The translations under genes and the position numbers were made by a program. DNA of 56,986 nucleotides, counting the filler, from Sphacelaria rigidula (lineage: Eukaryota): NCBI GenBank assembly GCA_964200075.2. It is 6 parts of 6 records of this genome, joined end to end, with 100 filler letters (N's around TTAATTAATTAA, not from the genome) between each part and the next. Parts side by side here need not be neighbours in the genome. Positions count along the whole stretch, not along the records: positions 9,517 to 18,931 come from CAXNAA020008556.1; positions 19,032 to 28,445 come from CAXNAA020008557.1; 4 more parts are not named here. One strand, 5' to 3'. Positions 12,573 to 25,518 of this stretch are shown piece after piece. Position 1 is the first letter of the stretch. The number at the start of each line of letters is the position of its first letter. Below the pieces are notes generated by a model, which was given only the letters and a program-made list of their open reading frames with translations, had not been told where the DNA came from and searched no databases.

Positions 12573-15500
12573 ATGGTGACGTGGCTGCTGCTATCCAGCA
12601 TGACCGTAAGGGCGTTCATAGGTTCCGGGTTCGTGCCTCACCATGGCAGCTCGCTTCGGCGCGTCTCTCCGCACGGTCAGCTCGTTGGGTAAGCATGTCC
12701 CCCGCTGGAAGTCGATTTGTGTTGCACTGACATGTACGAGAGTCGGCGTGTTGGGCCAGCCGCGTACTTGGAGTTTCGTATTGAAATACCTGGAGTGGTA
12801 TTCCACTAGAAATATCCTGTACGTGACCGGGTAGTACAGTAAATTTGCTTTTTTGTCGTCACCTCCTACTTCCGCAGGATGATTCCATAGTCTCGCGATT
12901 TTTTTGCTGTCGAGGGTCGGGCCAGCGCTTCGGCAGCCCGTCGTCTTTCGTGGGATATCTTGCTTTTGCCGAGTAACTTCCTCACCCTTCCGTTCGAACG
13001 ACGGAATTCACGGGGAAAAAAAACGTCAGGATTCAAACGCGCGAAATGCTCTCGAAATAGTACGTTGGCGTACCAATTTCGACCACGTCGGTGTGGATCT
13101 CCAGTCCTCCGTACAAATCGCACAGCATGTATTTCGTTCTCGTGCTGTGCTTTGTTGTTTCCGCGGCAACGGCAGCAGTCGACAGAGCCCATGGCGCGAC
13201 ACAGTTCGGCTAAAAGAGCGAACGCCCCGCAGGACTTCTATCAACGAAACTACTCGATTAAGGGCCGAGGATAAGGCCTCCGACGGGGTTGAGAGCGAAT
13301 CCGGTGAAGGGAAAGTGAGTCGGTTGGAATATGATACGAACGTAATACACACACTGTCGTGAAGACTGCCGCTGATTATATATACACGATTAGCGTACCT
13401 CACCATTGTGTTGCTCAGACACTGTTGCTGGTTGCTGTGGGAATTACATTTCTAATAACGCCGCACAGTAGCAAAGAGCAGACAAAGTTGGTCTTATGTT
13501 ACATGCTGGCTCGAAAGGGATCAAGAGTGCACATACCTTAGTGTGCTGGCGGGGTAAATAAATGACTAGACCCCATACCGCGGGAAGAACCTGTTGTGCC
13601 ACTACTCTTGGCGTTTCCCTCGGTCATCGATGAGGAGATGTGCGATCGTCGAGTCTCGACCCTTCTACTGTTTGCCATGTGTTGCACACGTTTTTCTTTG
13701 TGTGGCTTCTGATGACTTATACACTTATTTTCTCAATTTCATGGGATCGCTGTTCGCTGGGTGTCCAACGTAAATGGCATGTATCAGAATCGCAAGGTCG
13801 CGCGCGAAGTGGTCGAATGCTGGTATTTGTGCTCTAGTATCATTCCCATTGGTCGCCCCCCTTCCCACTACCATACGGCGTCACTTGATTGCTTCTTTGC
13901 TGGGGAAAGGAAGCCCCCCTCCCCACGCCCAGTGCGATTGTCACCGCAAATAAGCGCGCAGAATCGTCGACATATATCGTTGTTGGCGATGCTTTGCTGA
14001 CCCATGGGTCTTGTTTTCCGTCACTGTACCCTCTCCATGTTGTTCGTTGTGGCCGACATGTCTTGTGCGTGGTGTGGTTCCCCCGTGCTTCTTGCTTGTC
14101 GCAGGGCCAGTCCACAGCCATGGTATTGGTGGAGACGCCAGACAACGGGAAGGGCATCAAGCGGTGAGCTCTCATGGTGAACCCGTCTTCCATGCAGCTC
14201 TATGTCATATCTATGGGTCCCCTTCATCATCTCTATTTTGCACGAATACCGTTTTGTTAGAACCTTGCAAGTTGTGAAAGTCTTACATAAATTACAGAAC
14301 TGTCGGGTACCGGTTTGATTATTTGACATAAATTACAGAACCTGTCGGGTACGGTATGGAAGGCTTACAGAAAACCGCACCGGCAATCGGGTATTTCTCG
14401 AAGGGCATACCCACGCTCCGGGTACAGGCATACATTACGTACAGAACTCACATAATTGTCAGGTAAGGGTATGGGAGGCCTAAAATACTCACAGAAACTG
14501 TCGGGCATGGTACGGAGGCTGCTCAGAAAACCGTACCCGCAGCCGGGTATATCATCAAGAGCATACCCGTGCTCCCGGTAACGGTACGGGAGGCTTACAT
14601 AACTCACAGAACTATCGGGTAAGGGTATGAAAGTCTTACAGAGTTTACAAAACTGTCGGGTACCAGTATGAAAATTTAGGGTACGGTGAATACCCGGGAA
14701 AATATCCCGGGTATACAGAAAACCGTATCCTACAGAGCACAACCTCGCAACCTTGCGTCGTTCTTGTCCCAATGCTGACTTTCTTGAAGGAGTACTGGCT
14801 CTGTGTCGCCACCTTATGGGTCCACTGCAGTTCTCTGTGTTGTGACTCAATCATCTTGACGCCAGCGTTCGGAGAGCGTGCACCCGATGATGGGACGTCC
14901 CCATGCCATTAACGCGTCAATACTGCGAAGTGTCACCATAGCTACCTGACTTCTTATCCTCTCGTTGTGCACTGACTACATTCTACAGCGTTTTGAAAGC
15001 TGTGGCTCGTTTTTTTGGCGCCGGAAAAGAAAAACCGAACCTGAAACAGCTGGGACTGTACGCGGTGCTGAGTTACGGGTTCGTCAGCAACGCCTCTTAT
15101 GCAATATGCACGTGCATCGCCTGGTTCATCTCCTCGAAAAAGTCCGGTATGTTTATCCTCCAAAACGTTCAATACATATTCCCTAGAGAATCCTGTATTC
15201 GCCCTGTTTTGCGTAGCGTCTTGGATTATGTACTTCCGAATGATGAAGCGGCGATGGGAGTGAGGAATGCACGACTACGATCGCCGCATGGTGCGTGGTT
15301 GATGCTCGGCCTTTATCAATAGCACAGAAGAAGGCTATATTGCAGTGTCGGAGGCGATTAGCTGCCTCTGCGCATGGTATAACAGTGCAGTCGAACCATG
15401 CCATGCGCCACTTTCGTCTGTATGGGGTATCCGATTGGCAACGTATTAGTGGCATACGAGTTATTTATCTCATGTAGTGATGTTCGCGGCGGACCCAGTC

Positions 15501-18500
15501 ATCGTCTCAGAATTGGTATTTCTAGATAATGCGCCAAAAGGTGACGGTGGTGACCCCTGGAAAAGACACCGGCATAGTCTCGAGGACTCAGACGGTCTTG
15601 CTCGAATGATGGCCGTGATAGTGGTGACCTGCCAGGAATTCGGCCTGACGGCCTCCGAGAGCGAGACAGAGTCCCTGCGCCTTTGGTCAGTACCCAGTCC
15701 CACGGAGGCCGCCCTGCACATTAGAGCTGCCGGTCAACGGTATAAGCAGACGGGGAAGTTCGTCTACCTTGGTGGTGCTATCAGCGCTGATGCGAAAATG
15801 TCCATCGAAATCAACGGCCACATCAGCGCAGCGTGGGCGCGTATCCGAAAATGTAGCTCCCAACTCCACGATCGATCCAACACCCGGCTATCGTTGAAAT
15901 CCCGGCTGCTTAAAGCGGAGGTGGTAAAAGCTCTGTTGTACGGATGCGCCACGTGGACGTTATGTTCTGAGGACTTCGACAGTCTGCGCCCTGCCCATCA
16001 CAAGCTCTTGCTGCGAGTGGTTGGATTCCTTCGGAAAGATCGAAATGTCTACAAGACTCTTTTCGAACAGAGCGGTGCTAGAGATGACCAACTGCGAACG
16101 TATCGAGACGACTATCCGCGGGAACCCTTATCCGGCAGAAGGAAACACGCCTTCCCAAACGCATCATGAACGGACGGTCAACCCCACGAGGGCCCAAGGA
16201 TGCTGGCCGCCATCCCAAGCAATGGGAGGAAAACGTCAATGAGAACCTACCTGCACTAGGGGCTATTCCGCACAAACAAGCACGACGGAAATGGTTCGTC
16301 CACGGTGTAGAGGTTAACGATGCGTATCATTGGGTCGCTGCGGCGAAAAACATGGTAAAATGGCATAAAAGAGTCGAAAAAGGACCGGAAGAGTTTGAAG
16401 ACACGTGGCGACGCGAAGACAAACGAGAATCGGACCGCCGTCACAAATGAGAGGCTGTTGCGTCGAGAGCCGCCAATAGAAGAATCCTGTCTGCTCTTAT
16501 CGATTGTTGATTGTGTCCTTCGTCGGTGGCTCTGCAGTGCTCCCTGGTGTGTCTCTGTATCTACTTTGCTGCCTTGAATCCTTTAGGCTTCACCACACCT
16601 GCAGTCTCCTTCTCTGTTCCCCCGTTCCCCCATACTTCTCTCTGTATGTGTGTCCTTTCCTGCCGGTGTATGGTAGAGCAGTGGGGTACCTCGCTCCATT
16701 GTGTTTGTTCGTGGGTAAGAGGGTCCATACCCTAAATATAGCGGTCGTAGATGAGCCGCAATATTCTCCTTTTCACGGCCTTCTGTTTTCTACGACTGGG
16801 TATGAGTGTGGTTCTGCCCAAGACCTTGTACACCGAAGCCATGTGGTAGAGATCGGCCATTTTTTTTTTTTTCTATTTTTTTGAGCCTGAGTCTACTATG
16901 TTGTTATGTTTTACCTTTTCTGATTCTTCTTTTTTCTCCAGTGAGTTTTTCAGTTTAGTTTTATCTCGGGTACGTCTACCATGCGACCACGGCTGGATCC
17001 TTGGGGGGGGCAAGTTAAAGTGCGACAATCAAGTGAGGGGGCAGCAAGCACCCAAGCATCTGAGACAAGCCTTAGCCTTTTTTTGCCAGATGACGAGTTG
17101 GCTGTGTCGCGGGTTGATGGTATCGCAATAGCTGATCCGCCACGGATTCGAGTGTTTCCCGTACCCGATGGTGAATGTATGACAAGGAAACACTCGCTCA
17201 ATAAAACTCGGATTGGAGACAGGAAATACAAGGGAAGGATAAAATAACAGTCTAGTCGGTGTACCTCATTCTGTCCCAAAAATCTCATAGCCTGTGCTCT
17301 CTGCCGCTAACCTATTGCTGAGGCTGCGATACCCGACACAGCGCGTTCATCGTTATACGAAACTTCGACGATAGTGTGTGAAAAAGGATATTTTTTGTAC
17401 ATATCCGCCACGACCGATCACGCGAGTGGTGTCGGTGTCGTTGGGTTGGTGTTGGCGGCAATCTCAGGCGCAATGTTGAATGCATGCATACTCTATTGGT
17501 CCGGCCCCGATTACCCCCATTGACCGTGGTCCCTTGTTCGTATGCTCCCCCTTCCTCATGCTTACTTTTTCGAAAAACACCTTCGACGGCAACTTTGCAG
17601 GGCTATCGCCTCTAGCCGCAGGTCAGTGGCAGCTGTTCTTGACTTGCTATGCGGGACTTTTTGCTGTGAACAATGTCCTCAGGTGAAACATGTGTTGATG
17701 GCATTTGCTCTTTTGGCCATGAGTAAGGACTAAGGATACCGCCAAGCCCCGATGGTCAAGGTGGTACATCAAGGGCTAGTTTAGACTAATTTCATTTGTT
17801 GAATCCCGGCAGCGATCTTTTTTTCTGGTCTCCATCGTGAAAAGCGGGGGGACGTGAGATAACATTGGGTCGAAGAAAGCCAACGGGCTACGGTACAGAA
17901 GTGGTGATCTAGTAGACGATACTAGTCAGACATCAGTAATACCGAGGGAGAGAGAAAGAGAGAACCTTTGAGACGATGGGCTCGTGTCGAGGCACAGAGG
18001 AAGAGTCAGATACATGACGAGAGAAAACACGGCATAGATTACGCCACCACCGGCTTCCGAAGCCTGTGACATGATCAGAATTTGTCAGCTGATGCTGCAA
18101 GCACTGTCGATCCGATGGTACAGAGTGCGCCATTCGCTTCTGTTGTTCGCTTGCGCCGTGCTATCACCCACAGCGTCTCACTGTGCCGCCTTATCCTGAG
18201 TCCATTGCTGCGATCCACTCCGCTCTGCGAGTGTCCATGACCCAATGGTGAACCCAGGGATGGTGTACGTTGGCATGGGATACCGTCCACATGACTTGGG
18301 AGCGGCGGGATGCCGTTGATATGGCGTAGAACCTAGTCCCACAGAAAACCATTTTTTTGTAAGTGCCACTGTGCTGGTGATGCACCCTCAACTCCTGTCC
18401 GGCACCTGCATATCGACTCACGCAAAAAACATCCCATAATTTTTCGCACCCTAAGTGTGTTCGCTCTCGATTGTGTTTTGAATTTTCGAATGAACGCTGT

Positions 18501-18711
18501 TTTCAGAGTGCCCCGGTTTGGGCTTGCTGTGGCCTTGGCGCCAACGTTCGACCGTTTCATCGCGTATTTGATGAAGAAGTCGGGCAGGGGAAAGGCATTC
18601 GCAACAGGCATGTGCGTTTTCCTCGTCAACGTCATCGGCACTCTGACCCTCATTGTATCTGGCATCCTCCTGGCTTCCATCGCCTCAGGTCTGAATCGCT
18701 ACGAAATGTAA
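12573..18711 (+). CDS. Plastid-targeted multi-pass membrane protein, FAM210/DUF1279-like (6 exons, 252 aa)
   Basis: Exons 12573-12688, 13176-13314, 14105-14163, 14989-15146, 17601-17682 and 18507-18711. All are GT-AG, junction phases 2,0,2,1,2 are consistent, and the total is 759 nt. The leader MVTWLLLSSMTVRA|F followed by an R/S-rich stretch resembles a bipartite signal plus transit peptide. Core: LGLYAVLSYGFVSNASY...GLSPLAAGQWQLFLTCYAGLFAVNNVLRVPRFGLAVALAPTFDRFI. The family assignment is from memory and the start codon is uncertain. Confidence 0.85.
14269..14748. mobile_element. MITE-like element built of degenerate ACAGAACTGTCGGGTA(A/C)GGTATG units
   Basis: Several degenerate ~25-nt units. 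Short inverted ends AAGTTGTG / CACAACCT. AACCTTGC at 14261-14268 and 14749-14756 is a candidate 8-bp TSD. Lies in intron 3. Confidence 0.6.
15477..17032 (+). mobile_element. 5'-truncated, degenerate RTE-clade LINE in intron 4
   Basis: GLARMMAVIVVTCQEFGLT..., FVYLGGAIS, SLKSRLLKAEVVKALLYGCATW and HHKLLLRVVGF are typical of the RTE RT C-terminal half. The YADD region appears deleted and there is a frameshift at ~16060. A T-rich 3'UTR ends GACCACGGCTGGAT...CAATCAA. Confidence 0.9.
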
Positions 18712-18931
18712 CGTAACGATCAAGTGATGATTTCGTTATTCTAGCCCATGTATAAAACCGGTGGTCATTTTCTCGGCATACGATGTGTCGGACGCAACGC
18801 ATCGCCATCACGAACAGACGAAACGGAATGGGCTGCGAGCGGTATCGAGCACATGTACGGCGAGTGTAGCAACAAAACGCTGCCCGTAGGTAAAAACTGG
18901 AAATAACAGCCGATTTTCGAAAATGGGGTTG

Positions 18932-19031
18932 NNNNNNNNNNNNNNNNNNNNNNNNNNNNNNNNNNNNNNNNNNNNTTAATTAATTAANNNNNNNNNNNNN
19001 NNNNNNNNNNNNNNNNNNNNNNNNNNNNNNN
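18932..19031. other. Artificial contig-joining spacer
   Basis: Same N44-TTAATTAATTAA-N44 structure. Confidence 0.98.
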
Positions 19032-19111
19032 TCATCATTAGACTGAAGAAGGTGTAGCCATGATCCAATTGCTCTATAGTCTACTATACAGGGTCATTAT
19101 CCACCCTGTAA

Positions 19112-19590
19112 CATGTGCCGGGGGGCAATGGGCTGCCCCGACCGCTCTTGCAGCTTTTTCAGCGAAACGCCTGGCAACGTCCTGGCCGTGCTTCTCAGCC
19201 ACCTCTTCCAGCTGAACGTGAATTGCATGTGGGTCGCTCTTCAGCGCTTCAGCATGTGGCGACGGGGTTTCCACGTGCTCCGCCATATCGTTGTCGCCTG
19301 CCGTAAAGTGTGACTTCCTACGCTCGCCAAGTGTTAATGATTCAGCCCACCAAAACGGTGCCCTACTCTAATTTCAAGTATAATAGTACGCCACTCTAAG
19401 TTTAACTATACTAATGTGACATATTCGTGCACCGAACTCGAATTGAGGTATTTCACAGATTCTACCGACATAAATCACAGTTAGAGGAGTTTGTACTGTT
19501 TTGCGAGAGTTTCCTCGATGCACACAATTGGACACACTTCGCCCGCGTGATTTCATTGAAAAAACCCAACCTGACCGCTCCAGGGTTTCA
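19112..19590 (-). repeat. Dispersed repeat, inverted copy of ~27115-27550
   Basis: Shared pseudo-ORF text ...EALKSD...RRFAE.AARAVGAAHCPPAH on opposite strands. Confidence 0.85.
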
Positions 19591-19619
19591 TTTTCGATAC
19601 ATCCATGACGTGTGCGTGA

Positions 19620-19870
19620 CTGCTGCCGAGATAGCCCCCCCCCGAACCGGCTAAAAACGTGCACGGAAGTGATGATCATAAATGCCGTTAAAGCTGGTTT
19701 CGAGCTGCACGAAGCGACTCATTTGGGCGTTATAGCTGATTTCGGATTGCTACACGCTTCTCATGTGGGCGAAATTGTTGCAAACGAGCCCAATAGTGGG
19801 ATCGCAGCCGGTTTCTCGGGCGGTCTCCGGTGCACTTTTTGTGTGGATGGCTATCTCGGCATTACTAGCG
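19620..19870 (+). mobile_element. MITE-like element with GCCGAGATAGCC ends (copy 2)
   Basis: Reverse complement of 1143-1390. Confidence 0.8.
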
Positions 19871-20809
19871 TCTGGAGTCTTCTTTTGTTTTCAACAGAAA
19901 AAGTGCTTGCCGTCGATCTTTTCTGTTTTCATGTTTTGTTCTTCTTTGTCAGGGCTTCTCATAATGAGGAGTCTGGCCCGGGGAAGGGAGTGGAGGGTTC
20001 CGAAACGCTCAACACTGTCGTAAGCTTGCAGCTACATGTCGACATCCCACTCAAGGATGTTGAACGCGTCAGTGGGAAGCTACAACAGAAAGCTTACCGG
20101 GCCTCGTATAAGGCTTGGAGGAGCATTTCGGAACTCAAACTACTTTATGTTTTGACTGTCTGCTTCTCACTCTCAATTGTCTCCATCACTCTTCATTTCA
20201 CGAAAACATTGATAAATCGAGATTCCCCTACGCGTTTTTTAATCTTCCACTTTTGACTCTCACATTTTCCTCGGGAGTGTGTCCTCTTCGCACTGGACAC
20301 AAGAGGTGGCGGGGCATACCCTGAAGTTGCAGATACCTTTCCTTTTCCTTCCCAGTGTGAGGAGATTTTATATTTTGTGTGCCTAAAGTTGAAAAGGTTA
20401 CAAAGTCCACCAGTCGACATGTCAAACTGATGTATGCACTGTGCGCTTGTCCTCTCTCTCCGCTCAGACAGTATCGTGCGCCTTCATCTTCCGTTTTCTG
20501 TCACGGTTTTCAAACTGATTTAGCGACCTCGATGGAGTTCAAGCGAGGTTACAAAACAAAAAGGTCATCGCCATTATTCATTCGAAAAAACCAAAACGGC
20601 TCGCAGTGGTGTGGATTTCACCAGTAAGTGGGAGAACTCGGGTCTGCTTGCACACATTTCGCGATCTGCTATCTTTCAATTGTTTTCTAGTACTATTTTG
20701 GAGATGGATCCCACACATAACTCCAAGAGCCACCCAACCTTTATGTCCATCGCCATTTTTTGCGCTGCGGTTCGTCGGATTGCACTGGAGGTCCAGGAGG
20801 ATGTCGCTG

Positions 20810-21221
20810 CACTGGATTTTCGAAAAGGGGTTGAAAAAAACATGAGGTTCAACTCAACAGCCGTGCTTTCCCTGATTTAAACTAATGACAAATGACTTTC
20901 ATATGGACGACCCCATCCCTCCCGACCTCCCTAAACCTATTTCGAGGGATTTCCAGCCTTCCGTTCCCCCAAACGGTATGTGCGAAAGCACGGTTTTGGG
21001 GAAAAAACATATTTTTTCATCCCGAAATCAAGGCAAAAGGGTGCTTTCGCACATATCCTTGAGGGAACAGAAGACTAGAAATCCCCGGAAATAGTTTTAG
21101 GGGGGTCGGGAGGAATGGGGTCGTTCGTATGAAAGTCATTTGTCACGAATTTGGGTCAGGGAAAGCACGGCTCTTGAGTTGAACCTCGTTTTTTTTCAAC
21201 CTCGTTTTCGAGCATCCACTA
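20810..21221. mobile_element. Fold-back MITE (~410 bp, ~180-bp arms), copy 1
   Basis: The arms are reverse complements (e.g. ATGTGCGAAAGCAC / GTGCTTTCGCACAT; GACAAATGACTTTCATA / TATGAAAGTCATTTGTC). A second copy is at 27591-28017 and a terminal fragment at 18906-18931. Confidence 0.88.
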
Positions 21222-21299
21222 TTGATTGTGGTTTCATGTATCATGGAGTCTGCTGACACCACCTTGTTCACCTCTGGTAGGGCTGATAGAGGATAACCT

Positions 21300-22300
21300 T
21301 ACGCTAGTTGAGGCGCCATGCCACATCTTGGTGGAAGGGGTCCTACTGACTGCAGGCCAGGCGCCACTCCTGGTTTCTGGAAAAGCCCATTATGGGCGAG
21401 ACATGGGGAGATGGGACATCCCCCGTCTCGAGGGGGGGTACCCCCAGATACAGTAATATGTTACGGTGAGTACGGTACGAAGTTGCTGCTTGGATATTCA
21501 AATGCTGGACCAGGACCAATTGCACATGGGGTGGCACGATATGCTTTATAAGCCCACCTCCCCTACCCCCAAATCGACAGAATTCCAACATTCGAGGTCA
21601 TGATGATTCTATCTCGATTTACGAGATCTTGCTGAAGGTGTTGTTCACGATCATCTGTTGTTCGTGTTGAAGGAGCAGTGGACGTGCGCATGCCAGGGAA
21701 TCGCCAGACACGCAGTTAGTTGTTGACTGTTCGAGGGTGTGTATTTGACGCGCGTCGCAGAAAAGACGTCCCATATATTTCAGCTTTGAACCGATTCCAC
21801 TCAAACTAATAACATCGTGCTTGGTTGGCAGCAGCTAGCTACGTCTCGAGAGCAATGCCACGGTAGGGGGGCACTTTTTGCGCGGAATCTTGTCTGGTTC
21901 AGGGGCTCCAAACGGTTCTAGATGTACAAAAATATGGGTCAGGACATCCCCGTTTGCAAATCCATTTGGAATACCCCCAGCACATTGGAATAGCAATCCG
22001 GGCGTACTCTCACATATTTTCATAGGTCGTGTTTTTCATTAGATAAAGGGCTCCTAATAATTCTAACCTCGGGAAATATTTGTGCACCCCTACCGTAGCA
22101 CCACTCTCGAGCTGTATAATAAGATATTTTCTCATCTCATCTTGGGTAATGGGATCGAACCTCCCTGTGAGGTCGTCGTGCTGTTGGTCGGCATCACATC
22201 TCTGTCTGTAGTATCGCCTCGTGGTTGGTACGTGATGTTCCCGTCTAGGCAACATATCTTGGCGAACTGATTAGGCTCTTCTCGGAAAAGGGAAGACGAT
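21300..22300 (-). pseudogene. Highly degenerate non-LTR reverse transcriptase remnant
   Basis: Ordered motif remnants FDPITQDEMRKYL (pre-RT), GLL..GG, YMGRLFCDA (FADD-like) ...MIVNNTFSKI, and LYLGVP across frameshifts. Confidence 0.5.
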
Positions 22301-22755
22301 TTCTCGCAGGAAGCTGGCAGTGAGCAGAAGATTTGTTGCGAACTTTTTTTCCGGGAGGAGTGGTAGGATCGCCGCTATCAACCCCTAGGCTTCTTTCGGA
22401 AGCATTTTTCACACGACCCTTTGGCCGCCAGGGTGGATCATGTGTACTTCGATGTCACTTTCACCTAAAATCTAGATAGCCCACCCCGGCGGTCAACGGT
22501 TTCTTTTCCGTGCCGTTGAGACACGGCTTTTACCTGGACTAGGCTACCGAATGCAGCGAGAAAAACAATATGGTGTTGCACATTTACTTCAGGTACATCT
22601 ATCTCAAGAACAGGCTGGATCCCTCAGGATCAAATAGTGTGCGACAATCGATCACTAGAACCAAGCACGCAACTGCTGCGTGTATCTGGCATTTCCTCTG
22701 CAGCACAGTGCTGACGCGTTACCCTCGTTCACTTTTTCACGCTTTAAATTTTCAG

Positions 22756-24977
22756 GTGTGGGGAAGTGCGTCGGGGGGGCAGGTAGATGAGCTACGATTG
22801 GAGAGCACAGACGCCACGTACATCAACTTGCGGGCATACGGCGGGAACCTGGACTTCGAACACACGAAGGTATCGTGTGCACGAAGGTGTTGTTCTCACC
22901 CTCGGCAGCGACCCCCCCCCCTCTCCCCGCCTCTTCCGCCCCGCCCGCCCGCCCGCCCCCCAGATCGCCCATGGTGAATTTGACTTCGAAACGCTTGATT
23001 TTCGGGTGACACAGCACGCTCATTTTCATGGAAACACGTGATATATATGCTGAAGCGATTGTGTAGAAACTATTGCAGAACTTCTGGTGGCCTTCCAGCT
23101 CAGCCATTTGAAGTACGGTTTCGCTGAGCTCTTCGTGGGGCGTGTGTTATAAGGCTTGCCATACTCTATGGTGGTGTAAACCGCAACCAATGGCATACCT
23201 TGAGCATGTCTTGATCTTTCTCCGTATATGCCACATTGTGTTAACCGCGCTTGATAGTATGGCTGGTGTACCGTACGGGCCAGAGTACACCACAGACGGC
23301 AGTTTGTCATTTACAGTAGTATCTCCTCAATGCCCACAGCCTACTCTGTTTTCATATCGTCCTGGCGTCTGACGCACTAACGATAAAAGCGTTCTAGCTC
23401 TCTTGTCAACACACAAAAGGACTGATGAGTCGCGAAGGCTGTTGGAAAGTCTCCTACGTTTGTGTGCTTTCTTTGACAATTTAATGGCTTAGGAGTGGTG
23501 GTCGTGCTTTCGTTTTTGGACAAACACGACAGGTGTTTGGGTGGGACACCACCAGGAACAGGGCCCACAATCCTTCAAACGAAAACACACCGCGATCTTA
23601 CATCAGCGCTGTCTCAGAAATTATCACCAACCCAGGCGAGACATGCGAGGGGAGAGCCAAGAACACCATGGGCGAGGCGCGCATGGACATCGTCAGCTCC
23701 GAAATGGCCTACCTCGGGTACCAGGGAGCAGAAGCCTACGGACTCACATGGAAGGTGATCCATGACACCTTGGCGAGGCAGCGTCGTGAGGTTTACTTAC
23801 TTGCTGGCGCTTTTTGGTCGTTACTTATCTATTTGTTTACCATTTCGTCACACTCTGATTCGTTCCCCTTCCTCGGGTTGAGTCCGAGATCACAAGGGAT
23901 CAATCCACCTCTCCCCGGTACACGCCTTTCATTTTGGTCTTGCGGATCGGATCATGACCATCAGCACTTCCGTACCATGTTCACTCTCGTCAACCAAACC
24001 CAGTCGGCACCTCTTTGTTTATTCATTCACGCACATAGTCACGCTTGCGAGGCTGGAAATCGGGTAATTCGAAGACAGAACACAACGCATGGCAATCGAT
24101 AGCTCATGCTCCCCACCCTAGCGGTAACAGTCGGACCACTAGACCACCGAGCGCGATGGCATGCATGTGTACACTAAGTTATATTCTGTGTGTACGACTC
24201 AACCCTGCGTCTCACAAACTTGATGGGTAGCGAACACGGTAGAATACGCCCTTTCGAAACCCGTCGCCTAATGCTTCGTCCTCACAACGTGACTGAATCC
24301 CGGTTCCCTTGTCTTTCTCTGGCTGTCCGGTGACAGGTGCGTGGGTTCTGCACGGACAAGAGTAACCCCGAGCTCTTCGACGAGGTGAATGTGTACGGGA
24401 ATATTTACGACAGTGACATCCACCACAACCGGTTCGCGGTCTACACATACGGGTGAGTATTACAACCTCGTGTGAAGGTGGAGTCCATACGCCCTGTGGT
24501 TTTATACGAGATACCGTGCCCAACGTCGCTGATACCGTGTATTCGCGGCTCTGTCTCACCCTGGATACCATCATTGCGTCCCCTCCCGTACTGCGCCTAT
24601 CACGCGCATGTGTAGATTGTGTTACAAGGAAGAGCAATTGACCATTGTTTGACTGCAAGGTCCGCGAAACCGCACTTGCTTCGTGGTGGTCGCCGTGTCT
24701 GTTCGTTTCACGAGTGCTGCGATTTACATGGCGTCGATCCCGAAATATGTATCATCAACGAACCGACGCTATAATTATGTCCCTGCATGGACTATTTCTC
24801 TTCCTCTCTCCCTGTCGTTCTGCCTACACTGTATCTTGGTTGTAAATTACAGACATCAGCAGGGCGACTGGAGGCGGAACACGGTGCACTCGAATTCCGC
24901 GTACGGATTCGACCCCCACGACGACTCGGACTACCTGACCATCCACGACAACATCGTGTACGATAACACTTGGCACG
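22756..24977 (+). CDS. MC5E: Mannuronan C-5 epimerase (alginate epimerase, AlgG-like beta-helix), four internal exons
   Basis: Exon 22756-22869: VWGSASGGQVDELRLESTDATYINLRAYGGNLDFEHTK. Exon 23533-23754: VFGWDT...PRSYISAVSEII...CEGRAKNTMGEARMDIVSSEMAYLGYQGAEAYGLTWK. Exon 24337-24452: VRGFCTDKSNPELFDEVNVYGNIYDSDIHHNRFAVYTYG. Exon 24853-24977: HQQGDWRRNTVHSNSAYGFDPHDDSDYLTIHDNIVYDNTWH. All GT-AG with consistent phases and an intact catalytic YGFDPHDD motif. The 5' and 3' exons were not found in the contig. Confidence 0.95.
23865..24065 (-). mobile_element. SINE-like family B fragment in an MC5E intron
   Basis: CCCCTTCCTCGGG.TGAGTC...AAGGGATCAA.CCA.CTCTCCC is shared with ~34700-34880(+), 39270-39575, 43480-43740 and 50810-51000. 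Confidence 0.7.
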
Positions 24978-25518
24978 GTACGTCATCCGCCATGCATTTT
25001 ATCCCAGTCATCACGTACGTTCTTCTCGTTAAACAAGGCACACGGAAACTCCTAGACGCGGGGGGCTGGTATGATTTCTATGCCACCACATACATGGGTA
25101 AACGAAATTCCACAAGTGTCTCTCGCGGAGTCATCACATTTCCACATTACTACACATGCTGTAATTGCCAGCTGAATCAGGGGATGTTTGTAATAGTTGT
25201 GTAGAGCTTCAGTCGGCGATGGTCGATGATTTTTTCGCGTGCGATCGCTCATCCCAGTGAACGTCTGATCCCGATGTTCGGGTATCGATAGATACTGAGC
25301 ATCCGCTCCACATCCCGAATCAAAAACCATCTTTGCGCTCAATATTGAACGATGTGCAGGCTGGATGGACAGGGGGGTGTCATCAGGCGTCCGTTGTTCA
25401 AACACGTTTCTTTTTGGCTCTAGCACAGTGGGCGGGTGAAAATAAAATAAAAACGTGTTGTAAAACTATTCACGAAAGCGACCGGGATTGATTCACCGCC
25501 CACCCCCTCCCCTGTGCT

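Noticed and set aside
14269-14748. CRISPR-like repeat/spacer appearance
   Set aside because: The units are degenerate and irregularly spaced, the intervening sequences resemble each other, it lies in a eukaryotic intron, and there are no cas genes.
19930-20800. Possible coding remnants (ORFs 19612-20256 and 20611-20880)
   Set aside because: No recognisable motifs or consistent splice sites, and the ORFs run into MITE sequence.
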